Shown piece after piece: positions 54,574-64,000 of a DNA stretch of 64,000 nucleotides. The translations under genes and the position numbers were made by a program. The notes beneath the pieces were generated by a model. It made no database searches. It was given only the letters and a program-made list of their open reading frames with translations, and was not told the origin of the DNA. Location of the stretch: the NCBI GenBank assembly GCA_963703955.1, contig CAVPGK010000015.1, forward strand, positions 1 to 64,000, in the 5' to 3' direction. Position 1 is the stretch's first letter; the number at the start of each line of letters is the position of its first letter. Origin of the DNA: Nitrospirota bacterium (GTDB taxonomy: Bacteria > Nitrospirota > Nitrospiria > Nitrospirales > Nitrospiraceae).

Positions 54574-54936
54574 ATGACGACCCCAACTCCAGGCCATATT
54601 GAGATCACAGAAACCCTCGTTCGGCTCTATGTCTTTCTGGCGCAGTATTTAGATCGTTGTCTGAACGAAGCCGCGCGACAGTCGTTCCCGGAACATGAAC
54701 TTCAAGCACATCTTTCATCAACAAAGGCTAAGATGTTGGAAATACTGTCTGTTAATCGTGTGGTCAAAGGCAAGGTGGAGAAGGAATGCGAGCGTGTCCT
54801 GTCGCTGGGGGCCGCGTGCCTCAAAGGAGGCGGAGAAAAGGCAGCGGCTTTGACCGAATTGAAAGCGGAGCGAGCCGTTCTTCAAAACAAGACCATTGCC
54901 TTGAGCGATTTATTGGCGGTGTTTCGGGCCTCATGA
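54574..54936 (+). CDS. Hypothetical helical protein
   Basis: SD GAGGAG, 120-aa ORF in operon orientation. Confidence 0.7.
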   Translation: MTTPTPGHIEITETLVRLYVFLAQYLDRCLNEAARQSFPEHELQAHLSSTKAKMLEILSVNRVVKGKVEKECERVLSLGAACLKGGGEKAAALTELKAERAVLQNKTIALSDLLAVFRAS

Positions 54937-54977
54937 TCAGGGTGCTGAAATGGGCCCTATGGTAAGCAGGGCGCTGA

Positions 54978-55373
54978 ATGTCCAATGAGATCGTCGAGCG
55001 CTACCAGATCTCCGGGCTGGATGAGCGAGAGCGGGGATTCAGCCGGCTCATGGACATCGAGCGGGTCGATGGCGATTATCGGGCTGTTCTTCGATATGAA
55101 AAAACCATCGTTGAAACTGCAGGATGCGATGGGTCAGAGGCCGCCTTAAGCCGGCTCATTTCACAGTTGCATGAACGGGGCTTTTCTCAGCTCAGGAGTC
55201 GATTGAATTTTCGCGGGGCCGCCTATCTCGGTAGCCAGGAGCCCTGGATCGAATATCCCGATCCGAGTCGTCCGATAGAGGACGAGCCCGGAGCGATTAC
55301 TGAACAGTTGGCGAGGCGGACAGGGTGGATCGGCAAGGTATTGAAGCTGTTCGGCGAACAGCGATCGCGTTAA
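54978..55373 (+). CDS. Hypothetical protein
   Basis: 131-aa ORF in operon orientation. Confidence 0.65.
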   Translation: MSNEIVERYQISGLDERERGFSRLMDIERVDGDYRAVLRYEKTIVETAGCDGSEAALSRLISQLHERGFSQLRSRLNFRGAAYLGSQEPWIEYPDPSRPIEDEPGAITEQLARRTGWIGKVLKLFGEQRSR

Positions 55374-55447
55374 GTGATCAGTCAGTCGCTTCGACGATTC
55401 ATGGTTCACGTTGAAGGGTTGGTTCATGATGGACGGTGGGAAGAACT

Positions 55448-56743
55448 ATGGCCACACGGGTCGTAATGCCCAAATTGACTGATACCATGGAGGAAGGGGT
55501 CGTTCTAACATGGAAAAAGCATGAGGGTGACTCCGTTAATAGCGGAGACGTCTTGGCGGAGATCGAAACGGACAAGGCGGTCATGGACCTCGAGGCGTTC
55601 GGGTCCGGTACACTGCGGCGCGTCCTTGCCGGCGAAGGAGAAGCCGTCAAGGCAGGCGCGTTGATCGCCGTGATCGCTGAGCCGGATGAAGACATTGCGC
55701 CTGCGTTGCAAGAGACGCTCGGCTCCGCCCAGACAGCGGCTCCGGAGCCGGCATCCGCTCCCCAGAAGGAATCGCCGTCCTATGTCAAACCTCCGGCTCC
55801 ACCATCGAGTCCATCCAAGTCTCAAACTCAGAAGTCCGATGCCCAGAAGGCGGAAGACCCTCGGATCAAGGTTTCGCCGCGCGCCAAAGCGCTGGCGATA
55901 GAACGGGGCGTCGATCTTTCCACGATCAAAGGCTCAGGACCTGATGGACGCATCATTGAACGCGATATCTTTGGAGCGGAAACGGATGGCGCCACACCCG
56001 CACCTGCGCGTACGGATCGTCCGCTCAGCCAAATGCGCAAGGCCATCGCAAGGACTATGGTTCAGAGTAAGGCGCCGGTCCCACACTTTTATCTCACCAC
56101 CGACATTGCAATGGACGAGGTGGAGCGACTGCGAAGTCAATGGAAGCAAGCCCGTCCATCCCACCCCAGCGTGACGGATCTGATTATCAAGGCAGCCTCA
56201 CTGGCGTTAAGTCGCCATCCCGAGATCAATGTTTCATACGCCGAAGACAAGATCCGTCAACATCCGACAATTGATATCGGAATCGCCGTGGGGTTGGATG
56301 AGGGGCTGATTACGCCCGTGCTTCGCAATTGCGGCACAAAGACCTTGGAGGAAATCGCAACCCAGGCCCGCGCGCTGATCGAACGGGCCCGCAGTCGTCA
56401 GCTCAAACCTGAGGAATATACCGGCGCGACGTTTTCGATCTCGAACCTCGGTATGTTTGACGTGGAAAACTTCATTGCCGTTCTGGTGCCGCCTGAAGCG
56501 GCAGCTCTCGCCGTCGGGATGGTACGGGATGTGCCGACTGTTGAAGATGGTACAATTAAGATAGGCCGCAGGATGAAGGTCACCCTCTCGTGCGATCATC
56601 GGGTTTTAGATGGCTTGCAAGGTGCCAAATTCTTGGGTGAGTTGAAACGCATCCTGGAACATCCTCTTGAGCTGCTTTTTTCACCTGGCCCAGCCCAGGC
56701 GCGCCAAGACGCGCCCCCTCCCGAGCCTGAGGAGAATCGATGA
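55448..56743 (+). CDS. pdhC: Dihydrolipoamide acetyltransferase E2
   Basis: Lipoyl EIETDKA, E3-binding VSPRAK..GSGPDGRI, ISNLGM, DHRVLDG. Confidence 0.95.
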   Translation: MATRVVMPKLTDTMEEGVVLTWKKHEGDSVNSGDVLAEIETDKAVMDLEAFGSGTLRRVLAGEGEAVKAGALIAVIAEPDEDIAPALQETLGSAQTAAPEPASAPQKESPSYVKPPAPPSSPSKSQTQKSDAQKAEDPRIKVSPRAKALAIERGVDLSTIKGSGPDGRIIERDIFGAETDGATPAPARTDRPLSQMRKAIARTMVQSKAPVPHFYLTTDIAMDEVERLRSQWKQARPSHPSVTDLIIKAASLALSRHPEINVSYAEDKIRQHPTIDIGIAVGLDEGLITPVLRNCGTKTLEEIATQARALIERARSRQLKPEEYTGATFSISNLGMFDVENFIAVLVPPEAAALAVGMVRDVPTVEDGTIKIGRRMKVTLSCDHRVLDGLQGAKFLGELKRILEHPLELLFSPGPAQARQDAPPPEPEENR

Positions 56744-57651
56744 CATTTGTGCCCGTCGATGAACTTGGAGCCGGACGGTCTTCTGCTTCGGACCAGAAAG
56801 GAAGAACCGGACGCCTTCCCCCGTGGTTCAAGGTCAAGATCAGACAGGGGCCGGACTATCTGGAGATCCGGCGGACGATGGATACACTCGGCTTACACAC
56901 GATCTGTGAGGAGGCTCGCTGTCCCAATGTCTGGGAATGTTGGAATAACCGCACTGCCACTTTTCTAATTCTGGGCGATATCTGCACGCGCCGATGTCAT
57001 TATTGCTCGGTGACCACTGGGCGGCCGCTGGAGGTGGATCGAGGAGAACCGCTTCGTGTTGCCCAAGCGGTGCAAACGCTTGGGTTGCGACATGCCGTCA
57101 TTACGTCGGTGAATCGCGACGAACTGGAAGACGGAGGGGCCGAGATCTTTGCTAAGACGATCCGCCACATCAGGCGGCTAATCCCCACTTGCGCCATCGA
57201 AGTGTTGATTCCTGACTTCGCGGGCAGTAAAGCAGCATTATCCATGGTTGTGAAAGAAAACCCTGAGATTCTGAATCACAATATTGAAACCGTTCCTCGT
57301 CTCTTTCCCACCGTCCGTCCGCAAGGCAAATACCCGCGCTCTGTTGAATTGCTGGATCGCGCCAAGCGCATGGGCGCTCGAACCAAGTCCGGCTTAATCC
57401 TCGGCATGGGAGAGACGCTGGATGAAGCCAAAGAAGTCATGCGCGATCTCCACGCGGTCGGCTGCGACATCGTGACCATCGGCCAATACCTGCAACCCAC
57501 CAAGCAACACCTGCCAGTCGCTCGTTTCTACCATCCCGACGAGTTTGCCGAACTGAAGGCTGAAGGGGTGGCCATGGGCTTCAGCCACGTCGAATCGGGA
57601 CCGTTGGTGCGAAGTTCGTACCACGCCGAACAACAGGTAAGAGGCTGCTGA
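56740..57651 (+). CDS. lipA: Lipoyl synthase
   Basis: CEEARCPNVWEC, CTRRCHYC, VRSSY. Confidence 0.97.
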   Translation: MTFVPVDELGAGRSSASDQKGRTGRLPPWFKVKIRQGPDYLEIRRTMDTLGLHTICEEARCPNVWECWNNRTATFLILGDICTRRCHYCSVTTGRPLEVDRGEPLRVAQAVQTLGLRHAVITSVNRDELEDGGAEIFAKTIRHIRRLIPTCAIEVLIPDFAGSKAALSMVVKENPEILNHNIETVPRLFPTVRPQGKYPRSVELLDRAKRMGARTKSGLILGMGETLDEAKEVMRDLHAVGCDIVTIGQYLQPTKQHLPVARFYHPDEFAELKAEGVAMGFSHVESGPLVRSSYHAEQQVRGC

Positions 57652-57712
57652 AAATCCCCTCCGCCTTTGTTGTCGATCGCTCCGGGCCGCCTCACACCGA
57701 TTCTTCATTGAA

Positions 57713-57741
57713 TTGACTCTCCTCCAACCCGCCCATATAAT
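57713..57741 (+). promoter_or_regulatory. Near-consensus sigma70 promoter of the GlmL-like operon
   Basis: TTGACT-17 nt-TATAAT. Confidence 0.75.
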
Positions 57742-57778
57742 GACTTGACGTTCCAGCACTGGGCGTCCCTTCGCAAGA

Positions 57779-58153
57779 ATGGCCGCATTCTCCAAGGTAA
57801 ACTTGGCGCAACGACTCAATGGGATTAGGGCCCATCTGCGGCATGCGTTTGCGATTGCGCCGGAGGGGCAGCCGCTATCCGTTGAAGACATCGCATTGCT
57901 CGTACGAGTGGCCGATGCGGTCATCAAGCGCGGGATGGTTGCACCAGCGACCATGTTTTTGGAATCCATGGGACCGATGAATTTCCTCGGCAGTCAAGCG
58001 CTCCACTTTCTCACGCCGATCCTCGAAGTCGTCTTCCCTGCGCGCGACATTGAACGCGTCGCGCTTCTCCTCGAACGACGCGACACTCTCCCCCGCCTCG
58101 CGGCAATTATTGAAAGCCGGTCAGAAATGAAGCGGGCCTCTGGACGTCCATGA
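57779..58153 (+). CDS. Hypothetical protein, first gene of the operon
   Basis: 124 aa; stop overlaps the next start (ATGA). Confidence 0.75.
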   Translation: MAAFSKVNLAQRLNGIRAHLRHAFAIAPEGQPLSVEDIALLVRVADAVIKRGMVAPATMFLESMGPMNFLGSQALHFLTPILEVVFPARDIERVALLLERRDTLPRLAAIIESRSEMKRASGRP

Positions 58154-59967
58154 CCGCAGCGGATCGGCCGCTTCAGACAATCGTCGCCACGGACTGCGGA
58201 AGCACCACGACCAAAGCCATCCTGATTCAAAAGACCCCGGACGGGTATCGGCAGACCTACCGCGGCGAAGCGCCCACGACCGTCGAAGCGCCGTTCGAAG
58301 ACGTCACGCGCGGGGTGCTCAATGCGATCGTCGAAATCGAAGAACTTTCGGGGCGCAAGATCTTGGACGGCGAAACGATCATCACGCCCAGTGGGGCAGA
58401 CGGCGACCCCAAGGTCGGCGTGGACATCTATATCTCCACCAGCAGCGCGGGCGGCGGGCTTCAGATGATGGTGGCCGGCGCGGTTCAGAGTATGACCGGC
58501 GAGAGCGCGCAGCGGTGCGCCTTGGGAGCCGGCGCGATCGTCATGGATGTGTTGGCATCCAACGATGGGAGACTCCCGCATGAGAAGATCGAGCGTATCC
58601 GGTCGCTCCGGCCTGACATGATCTTGCTCTCTGGCGGCACCGACGGCGGCACCGTCACCCATGTTGTGGAGATGGCCGAGTATATCGCGGCGGCCGAGCC
58701 GCGTCCTCGGCTGGGGATGAGCTATAAGCTGCCCTTGATCTACGCCGGGAATAAAGATGCACGAGATCGCGTACAAGAGGTTCTCGGCGAAAAGACGGCA
58801 CTCACAATCACCGAAAACATCCGTCCACTCTTAGAAAGGGAAAACCTGGCCCCGGCGCGCAACAAGATTCACGATCTGTTTCTCGAACACGTGATGGCCC
58901 AGGCGCCTGGCTAAAGAAGCTGATCTCCTGGGCCGGCGCGCCGATCATTCCCACGCCCGCTGCTGTCGGAATGATCATGGAGACTCTGGCTCGACGTGAC
59001 GGGATCAATCTCATCGGCGTCGATATCGGAGGCGCGACAACCGATGTCTTTTCGGTATTCCAAGGCATCTTCAACCGAACCGTCAGCGCCAATTTGGGGA
59101 TGTCCTACAGTATCTCAAACGTGTTGGCTGAGGCCGGCCTGAGCCAACATCATGCGATGGGTTCCGTTCACGATCGAAGAGCAAACGCTCCGCAATCGGA
59201 TCAAGAACAAGATGATCCGGCCGACCACAATCCCGCAAACCCTAGACGAACTCCAGATCGAGCAGGCGATCGCGCGCGAAGCGCTCCGGCTGGCGCTGGC
59301 CCACCATAGGTCGTTGGCGACCGGCCTAAAAGGCGTGCAACAGGAACGGACGATCTCGGACATCTTCGAACAGCGGGCATCCGGCGCGACGCTGATCGAC
59401 ATGCTGAAGCTCGACCTGATCGTCGGCAGCGGCGGCATTCTATCGCACGCGCCGAGACGCGTGCAGTCGATGCTTATGATGGTGGATGCCTACGAACCAC
59501 TCGGGGTTACCACCCTCGCCGTGGACAGTATCTTTATGATGCCGCACCTCGGCGTGCTCTCGACGGTCAATGAGCAAGCGGCCACCGATGTGTTCGTGAA
59601 AGACTGTTTGGTCTATCTGGGCACGTGCATCGCTCCGATCGGGCAAGGGAAGAACGGCGAGCGGTGCATGGATTACACCCTGACCTTTGCCGGAGGCCGT
59701 CAGGCGGAATCCGGCACCTTGGCGTTCGGGGATGTGCGTCTGATCCCTTTGGAAAGTGATGAGCAGGGTCAGGTCGAGCTGCGACCTGTCAAGCAGGTGG
59801 ATGTCGGAGAAGGCAAAGGGACGGCGACGACCCGTGCCGTCAAGGGAGGTGTGGTGGGCGTTCTCTTGGACGGCCGAGGCCGGCCCCTTCAACTTCCGAC
59901 CGACTCCCAGGCTCGTGTGACGGCGTTGACTCACTGGCATCAGGCGGTCGACCTTTATCCGAAATGA
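58150..59967 (+). CDS. GlmL/MutL-like actin-fold (ASKHA) ATPase (indels near 58912 and 59145)
   Basis: Phosphate-1 ATDCGSTTTKA, SSAGGGL, DMILLSGGTDGG, PTP, phosphate-2 GVDIGGATTDVFS, RTVSANLGMSYS, LIVGSGG, DGRGRPL. Confidence 0.85.
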
Positions 59968-59968
59968 A

Positions 59969-60040
59969 AAATAGCCATTAGCGATCAGCTAATTCAATAG
60001 TGGAGGCTGGGAAATTTTAGCTGATGGCTGATCGCTGACG
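59969..60040. repeat. Inverted degenerate heptamer repeat
   Basis: TAGCCAT-TAGCGAT-CAGC facing GCTGATG-GCTGATC-GCTGAC. Confidence 0.55.
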
Positions 60041-60053
60041 ACTACTCTCAGAT

Positions 60054-61190
60054 ATGGGACATTCGTACACTCCAGGGTTAACCGTCGCCGACCGGACTGT
60101 GGTCCGAAAGCGGCGGCTGTTGCCGATTCCCGGAACGGTGCTCGTTCAAGAAGGTGCAATGGTCAGCTCGGAGACAGTGGTGGCGCGGACAGACCTGCCG
60201 GGCAAGGTCCATCCCGTCAATGTGGCCAATCTGCTCGGCGTGGCGCCAGACGAAGTGGGTGAGTATCTCGTTAAGAAAGAGGGTGAGGTGGTGCGCCGAG
60301 ATGAGGTGATCGCAGAAAATAAACCCCTCATCAAATGGTTCAAGACCGAAGTGCGATCACCCATCGAAGGGACATTGGAGTCGGTGTCCGCCGTCACCGG
60401 CCAAGCGCTGCTTCGCGAGCCGCCTCGATCGCTGGACCTGCTGGCGTACGTCGACGGCAGAGTCGTAGAAGTCCATCCCAAACAAGGAGTGACGGTCGAG
60501 ACAGAATGCAGTCTGATCCAGGGTATTTTCGGGATCGGGGGCGAGACGTGGGGCGAGCTGGTCATGGGCGTCAAGTCGCCAGGCGACCATCTGACCGCGG
60601 CCCAGTTGGTCCCGGCGATGAAGGGGACAATCGTGGTAGGCGGGGCGTTCCTCGGTGCCGACACAATGACGCGGGCGCGGGAGGTCGGTGCAGCCGCGCT
60701 CGTCGTGGGTGGCATCCATGACAAGGATCTTCGAGAATTACTGGGTTATGACCTCGGAGTGGCCATCACCGGCACCGAACGCGTGGGCTTTACGCTGGTG
60801 CTCACGGAAGGATTCGGAACGATCCCCATGGCAGCGAAAACCTTTGCGCTGCTCCAGGTGCACGCCGGCCAGAAGGCTTCGATCTCAGGGGCGACGCAGA
60901 TCCGGGCGGGTGTCATTCGGCCCGAAATCATCATCCCAAGAAAACGTGATGGCGGTCAGAGACAAGCAGAGACAACGCTCTCGTCCGTCGAGCGAGGTGG
61001 CATTGCCGTCGGCGATCAGGTCCGCATTATCCGCGATCCTCTGTTCGGTCGGATCGGCCAGGTCGTCGCGCTCCCGCACGCTCTGAAGCAGATCGAAACC
61101 GAGAGCGAGGTGCGCATCCTGGAAGTCCAATTTGAAGATCAGACGGTCGCGGTGATTCCGAGGGCGAATGTGGAGCTCATTGAAGGATGA
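60054..61190 (+). CDS. Uncharacterised protein with barrel-sandwich hybrid repeats, central alpha/beta domain and C-terminal KOW-like motif
   Basis: VQEGAMV..VVA, KKEGEVV...IAE, SPIEGTL, YVDGRVVEV; IQGIFGIGGE; LTEGFG; TQIRAGVIRPE; GDQVRIIRDPLFGRIGQV. Confidence 0.8.
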   Translation: MGHSYTPGLTVADRTVVRKRRLLPIPGTVLVQEGAMVSSETVVARTDLPGKVHPVNVANLLGVAPDEVGEYLVKKEGEVVRRDEVIAENKPLIKWFKTEVRSPIEGTLESVSAVTGQALLREPPRSLDLLAYVDGRVVEVHPKQGVTVETECSLIQGIFGIGGETWGELVMGVKSPGDHLTAAQLVPAMKGTIVVGGAFLGADTMTRAREVGAAALVVGGIHDKDLRELLGYDLGVAITGTERVGFTLVLTEGFGTIPMAAKTFALLQVHAGQKASISGATQIRAGVIRPEIIIPRKRDGGQRQAETTLSSVERGGIAVGDQVRIIRDPLFGRIGQVVALPHALKQIETESEVRILEVQFEDQTVAVIPRANVELIEG

Positions 61191-62579
61191 AGGGGGCGGG
61201 TGACTGGGGTGATCCCCATGATCGCGCACCACGCACGATCAGAATGCGCTCGCCAGAGGCAAAGGGTGTCATAGCGCGCTTCGGGCGGGCGGGTGAATTA
61301 GCCGCTTGGGGAGGAGAGGTGCGGCGGGGCTTTTTGAGCAGCCTGAAACGGGTCTTCTCGGTCTGTACCCTTCTTCTGCTACTCCCAACTCTCGCCTTCG
61401 CGCAGCAAAAAGTGAAAGCGCCGGGAAATGTTCGGGTCTTCGACACGCCAAATGACGGCGGTGGCGCCCTCACACTGGTCTGGTCCGCGGCTCCGTATGA
61501 CGACCCGTCGGTGCGTTACCAGATCCTTCTCGTACCCGGCGATTCGAACGGGGCCGCTACCGAGAAGAAAGTCATCGCGGAATTTCCGGCGAATTCACAT
61601 TACGTTCGCGAGACCAAATTACCCTGGTGGACACGACCGGGGAATCCCAACGACCATCAGTACGACGTGAAATCGGGAAAGGGCGTCGAGCTGAAGACCG
61701 GGACGCCGTACAGTCTTGTCGTGGCCGTGGTGAAAGGAGCCGATCGCGCCGAGGCTCCCGCGGTCCAGGCTATTCCAGGTCCCAACTGGATCAACTGGAA
61801 TCAAATGAACAATCTGTTGCTCGTCCTATTGTTCGGAGGGGTAGTGTTTTGGTCGATCAAGACCGCGAGGAGACGTGAGATTTTTTTGCGACGCATTCCT
61901 GGTTTGGACGCGGTGGATGAGGCGATCGGTCGAGCGACGGAGCTCGGCAAACCCATTCTGTATCTGACCGGCGCCGGCGATATGAGCGAGCCATCGACGA
62001 TCGCGGCCGCCGTCATCTTGGGCCGCGTCGGCAAGCGCGTCGCCGCCTACGAGACGCAACTGATGGTGCCCCATCGCGATCCGATCGTGATGGCGGTCTG
62101 CCAGGAGGTGACGAAGCAGGCCTATCTGGAAGCCGGGAAGCCGGACGCGTTCAAGGAAGACTCGAACTTCTTTATTACCGGCGATCAGTTCAGCTACACC
62201 GCGGCGGTCGATGGCTTGATGCTGCGCAGGAGACCGGCCGCGAACTTCTTTATGGGCTCTTACTTCGCCGAATCGCTGCTGCTGACGGAGACGGGCGCGA
62301 GCACCGGCGCGATTCAGATCGCCGGCACCGACTCGGATCACCAGTTGCCGTTCTTCGTCACGACCTGCGACTACACGCTGATCGGCGAGGAGCTGTACGC
62401 GGCCAGCGCGTATCTGTCGCGTGAGCCGGTTCTGGTCGGCACCCTGCGGGGACAGGATATCGGAAAGGGATTTATTCTGATCGTGATCGTGCTGGGAGCG
62501 GTGCTGGCGACGACCGGCGTGTTGTTCAGTACGGAGGCCTCAGACGGTCCTGCTCGATCTCTTCAAGGATCTGAAATGA
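61187..62579 (+). CDS. Signal peptide-FN3-like-TM-DUF6754-like membrane protein (repeat element in the 5' end; indel near 62535)
   Basis: LAFA-QQ signal, APGNVRVFDTPNDGG..LTLVW FN3-like, TM, LRRIPGLDAVDEAIGRATELGKP, QIAGT..QLPFF..CDYTLIGEELYAASAYLS. Confidence 0.78.
61192..61345. repeat. MITE-like element lying in frame within the 5' end of the DUF6754-like gene
   Basis: CGATCAGAATGCGCTCG and reverse-complement TTCACCCGCCCGCCCGAAGCGCG shared with 37102-37247; ends CTTTTTGAGCAGCCTG. Confidence 0.7.
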
Positions 62580-63235
62580 TCTTTTTCAGGCGACAGCTCC
62601 CCCTGCTGATCACGTTCGTCACAGGCGTGCCCTTCATAGGGCAATACTACGTCCCGCATCCCGCCTCTGAGCAGATGCTGACCACCGTGCATCAAGTGGC
62701 TGCAGATTATTGGCGGGTTCGCGCTGGTGCTGGGCATCACGAGTCTGCTTCACATCAGCATGCGCTGAAAATCGGCGGCAGGAACCGGGCTGGGGCTACA
62801 GCTCGTCGTCTATGTCCTGGCGATGATGGTCACGATGGCGATCGGACTGTTCTGGATGAACGGCAAGGACAACGGTGAATGGGAGCAGACGCGCTTCGGC
62901 TGGATCTACACCTACACCTTGGTGCCGCTGCAGGGCACGATGTTTTCGATCCTGGCGTTTTTCATCGCCTCGGCCGCCTATCGCTCCTTTCGCGCGCGCA
63001 CGCCGCGAGGCGGCGGTCCTGCTGGTCGCGGCGGTCATCGTCATGATGGGGCGCGTCCCGCTCGGCGAGTATCTGCATGCCCGGACAGCGGCGATGTCAC
63101 CCAGTGGATGCTGAACGTGCTCAACAGCGCCGTCCGCCGGGCGATTCTCATCGGCGTGAGCCTCGGGGCGTGGCGCTGTCGCTCAAGATTATCTGCGGCT
63201 ATGAGCGATCGTACCTGGGTGGGGGAAAGGAATAG
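62576..63235 (+). CDS. Multi-TM membrane protein (several indels)
   Basis: MIFFRRQLPLLITF..., PLQGTMFSILAFFIASAAYRSFRAR, MMGRVP, VRRAILIGVSLG, ERSYLGG across frames; ATGA-coupled start. Confidence 0.72.
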
Positions 63236-63340
63236 TGCAAAGTAAAAAGTAATAGAGCAAAAGTGAAATATCATCTGACAATCCAAATGAAACCCCAAAG
63301 AAGCCCATTTCTTACCTTTACCCTTTGCCTTTTGACTTGT
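63236..63340. repeat. AT-rich inverted heptamer-like repeat
   Basis: GCAAAGTAAAAAGTAATAGAGCAAAAG facing CTTACCTTTACCCTTTGCCTTTTGACTT. Confidence 0.45.
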
Positions 63341-63351
63341 GAGGTCACGCA

Positions 63352-64000
63352 GTGACCTTCGCCGAGCGCATGCTCCGCCTCGACCGCCGCATCATCTTTC
63401 TGCTGATCGGCCTGTGGGGACTCTGCTGCCACTGCTTTATCCTGTCGGGCTCCGATCAAGGTGTCACCGGAAGTCCGTGGGGTGTACGATTACATCGACG
63501 AGCTTCCCGAAGGCGTCGGTGTTCCTGCTGTCCCTGGATTTCGATCCTGCCTCCAAACCGGAACTCTACCGCAGGCGATCGCTCTTCTGCGCCACGCGTT
63601 TCGAAAAAATCTACGGGTCATCGGCATGACCCTTTGGCTGCCTGGCACGGGCATGGCAGATCAGGCATCTTTCAGGTGGCAAAGGAGATGGACAAAGTGA
63701 ACGGGAAGGATTATGTCTTTCTTGGGTGGAGCCCCGGAGTCGGGTCACTCATCATTACCCTGGGGCAGGATCTCTACAAAGCGTTTCCCAGCGATTACTA
63801 CAATCAAGCCCACCAAGGACTTGGCGGTGCTCGAAGGCGTGCGCAACACTGCGGGACGTCAATTATGTGATCAGCCTAGCCGCCGGCATCGGCGGGCATT
63901 GAGACCTGGTATGTGTTCGGAAGAGACAAGTATCGGTTTCGAATTGGGCTGGAGGCTGTACCGGCGTGATTGCGCCGGGCCTGTATCCCTTGCTACGCAG
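63352..64000 (+). CDS. Membrane-anchored alpha/beta-domain hypothetical protein (several indels; runs off window)
   Basis: SD GAGGT; N-terminal TM DRRIIFLLIGL; SPEVRGVYDYIDELP, LSLDFDPASKPEL, KDYVFLGWSPG across frames. Confidence 0.7.

Noticed and set aside
58150..59967. Functional glutamate mutase pathway, or DNA-repair MutL
   Set aside because: No glmS or glmE in the window; motifs are actin/ASKHA-type, not the GHKL type of mismatch-repair MutL
61187..62878. 563-aa fusion of the DUF6754-like protein with the next membrane protein
   Set aside because: An alternative frame gives LLDLFKDLK-stop with ATGA overlap at 62576, so an indel near 62535 explains the apparent fusion

Overview
GC-rich chromosomal region of a Nitrospira-like nitrite oxidizer, identified from its TAT-exported Nitrospira-type nxrA. 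Many conserved genes carry small indels (nxrA, a histidine kinase, hpnR, hflX, mrp, pdhB, the glmL-like gene), which suggests an imperfectly polished long-read assembly, so frameshifts are mostly treated as artefacts. From left to right the window holds: the 5' part of nxrA with a sigma54 promoter, preceded by two CHASE3-kinase/sigma54-activator pairs; an HpnR-like hopanoid methylase; a DUF255-aldo/keto reductase fusion; malic enzyme, citrate synthase, Hsp20, fumC, an FNR-like protein and nadK; a housekeeping block (clpC-tsaD-hflX-nth-yicC-gmk-rpoZ-coaBC-aroQ-efp-accBC-thiE, bioD); a lone low-GC SIR2 gene; putA, a desaturase, mrp and a Rieske ferredoxin; and pdhABC-lipA. At the right end is an uncharacterised operon with its own consensus promoter: a small protein, an actin-fold GlmL/MutL-like ATPase with no glutamate mutase, a barrel-sandwich/KOW protein, an FN3-DUF6754-like membrane protein and two more membrane proteins. 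This operon is the best candidate for an undescribed system. Other signals include a uORF over the nxrA ribosome-binding site, a probable AUC start for hflX, two unannotated small membrane proteins and a candidate structured RNA near hsp20, and a MITE-like repeat family that reshapes gene ends.
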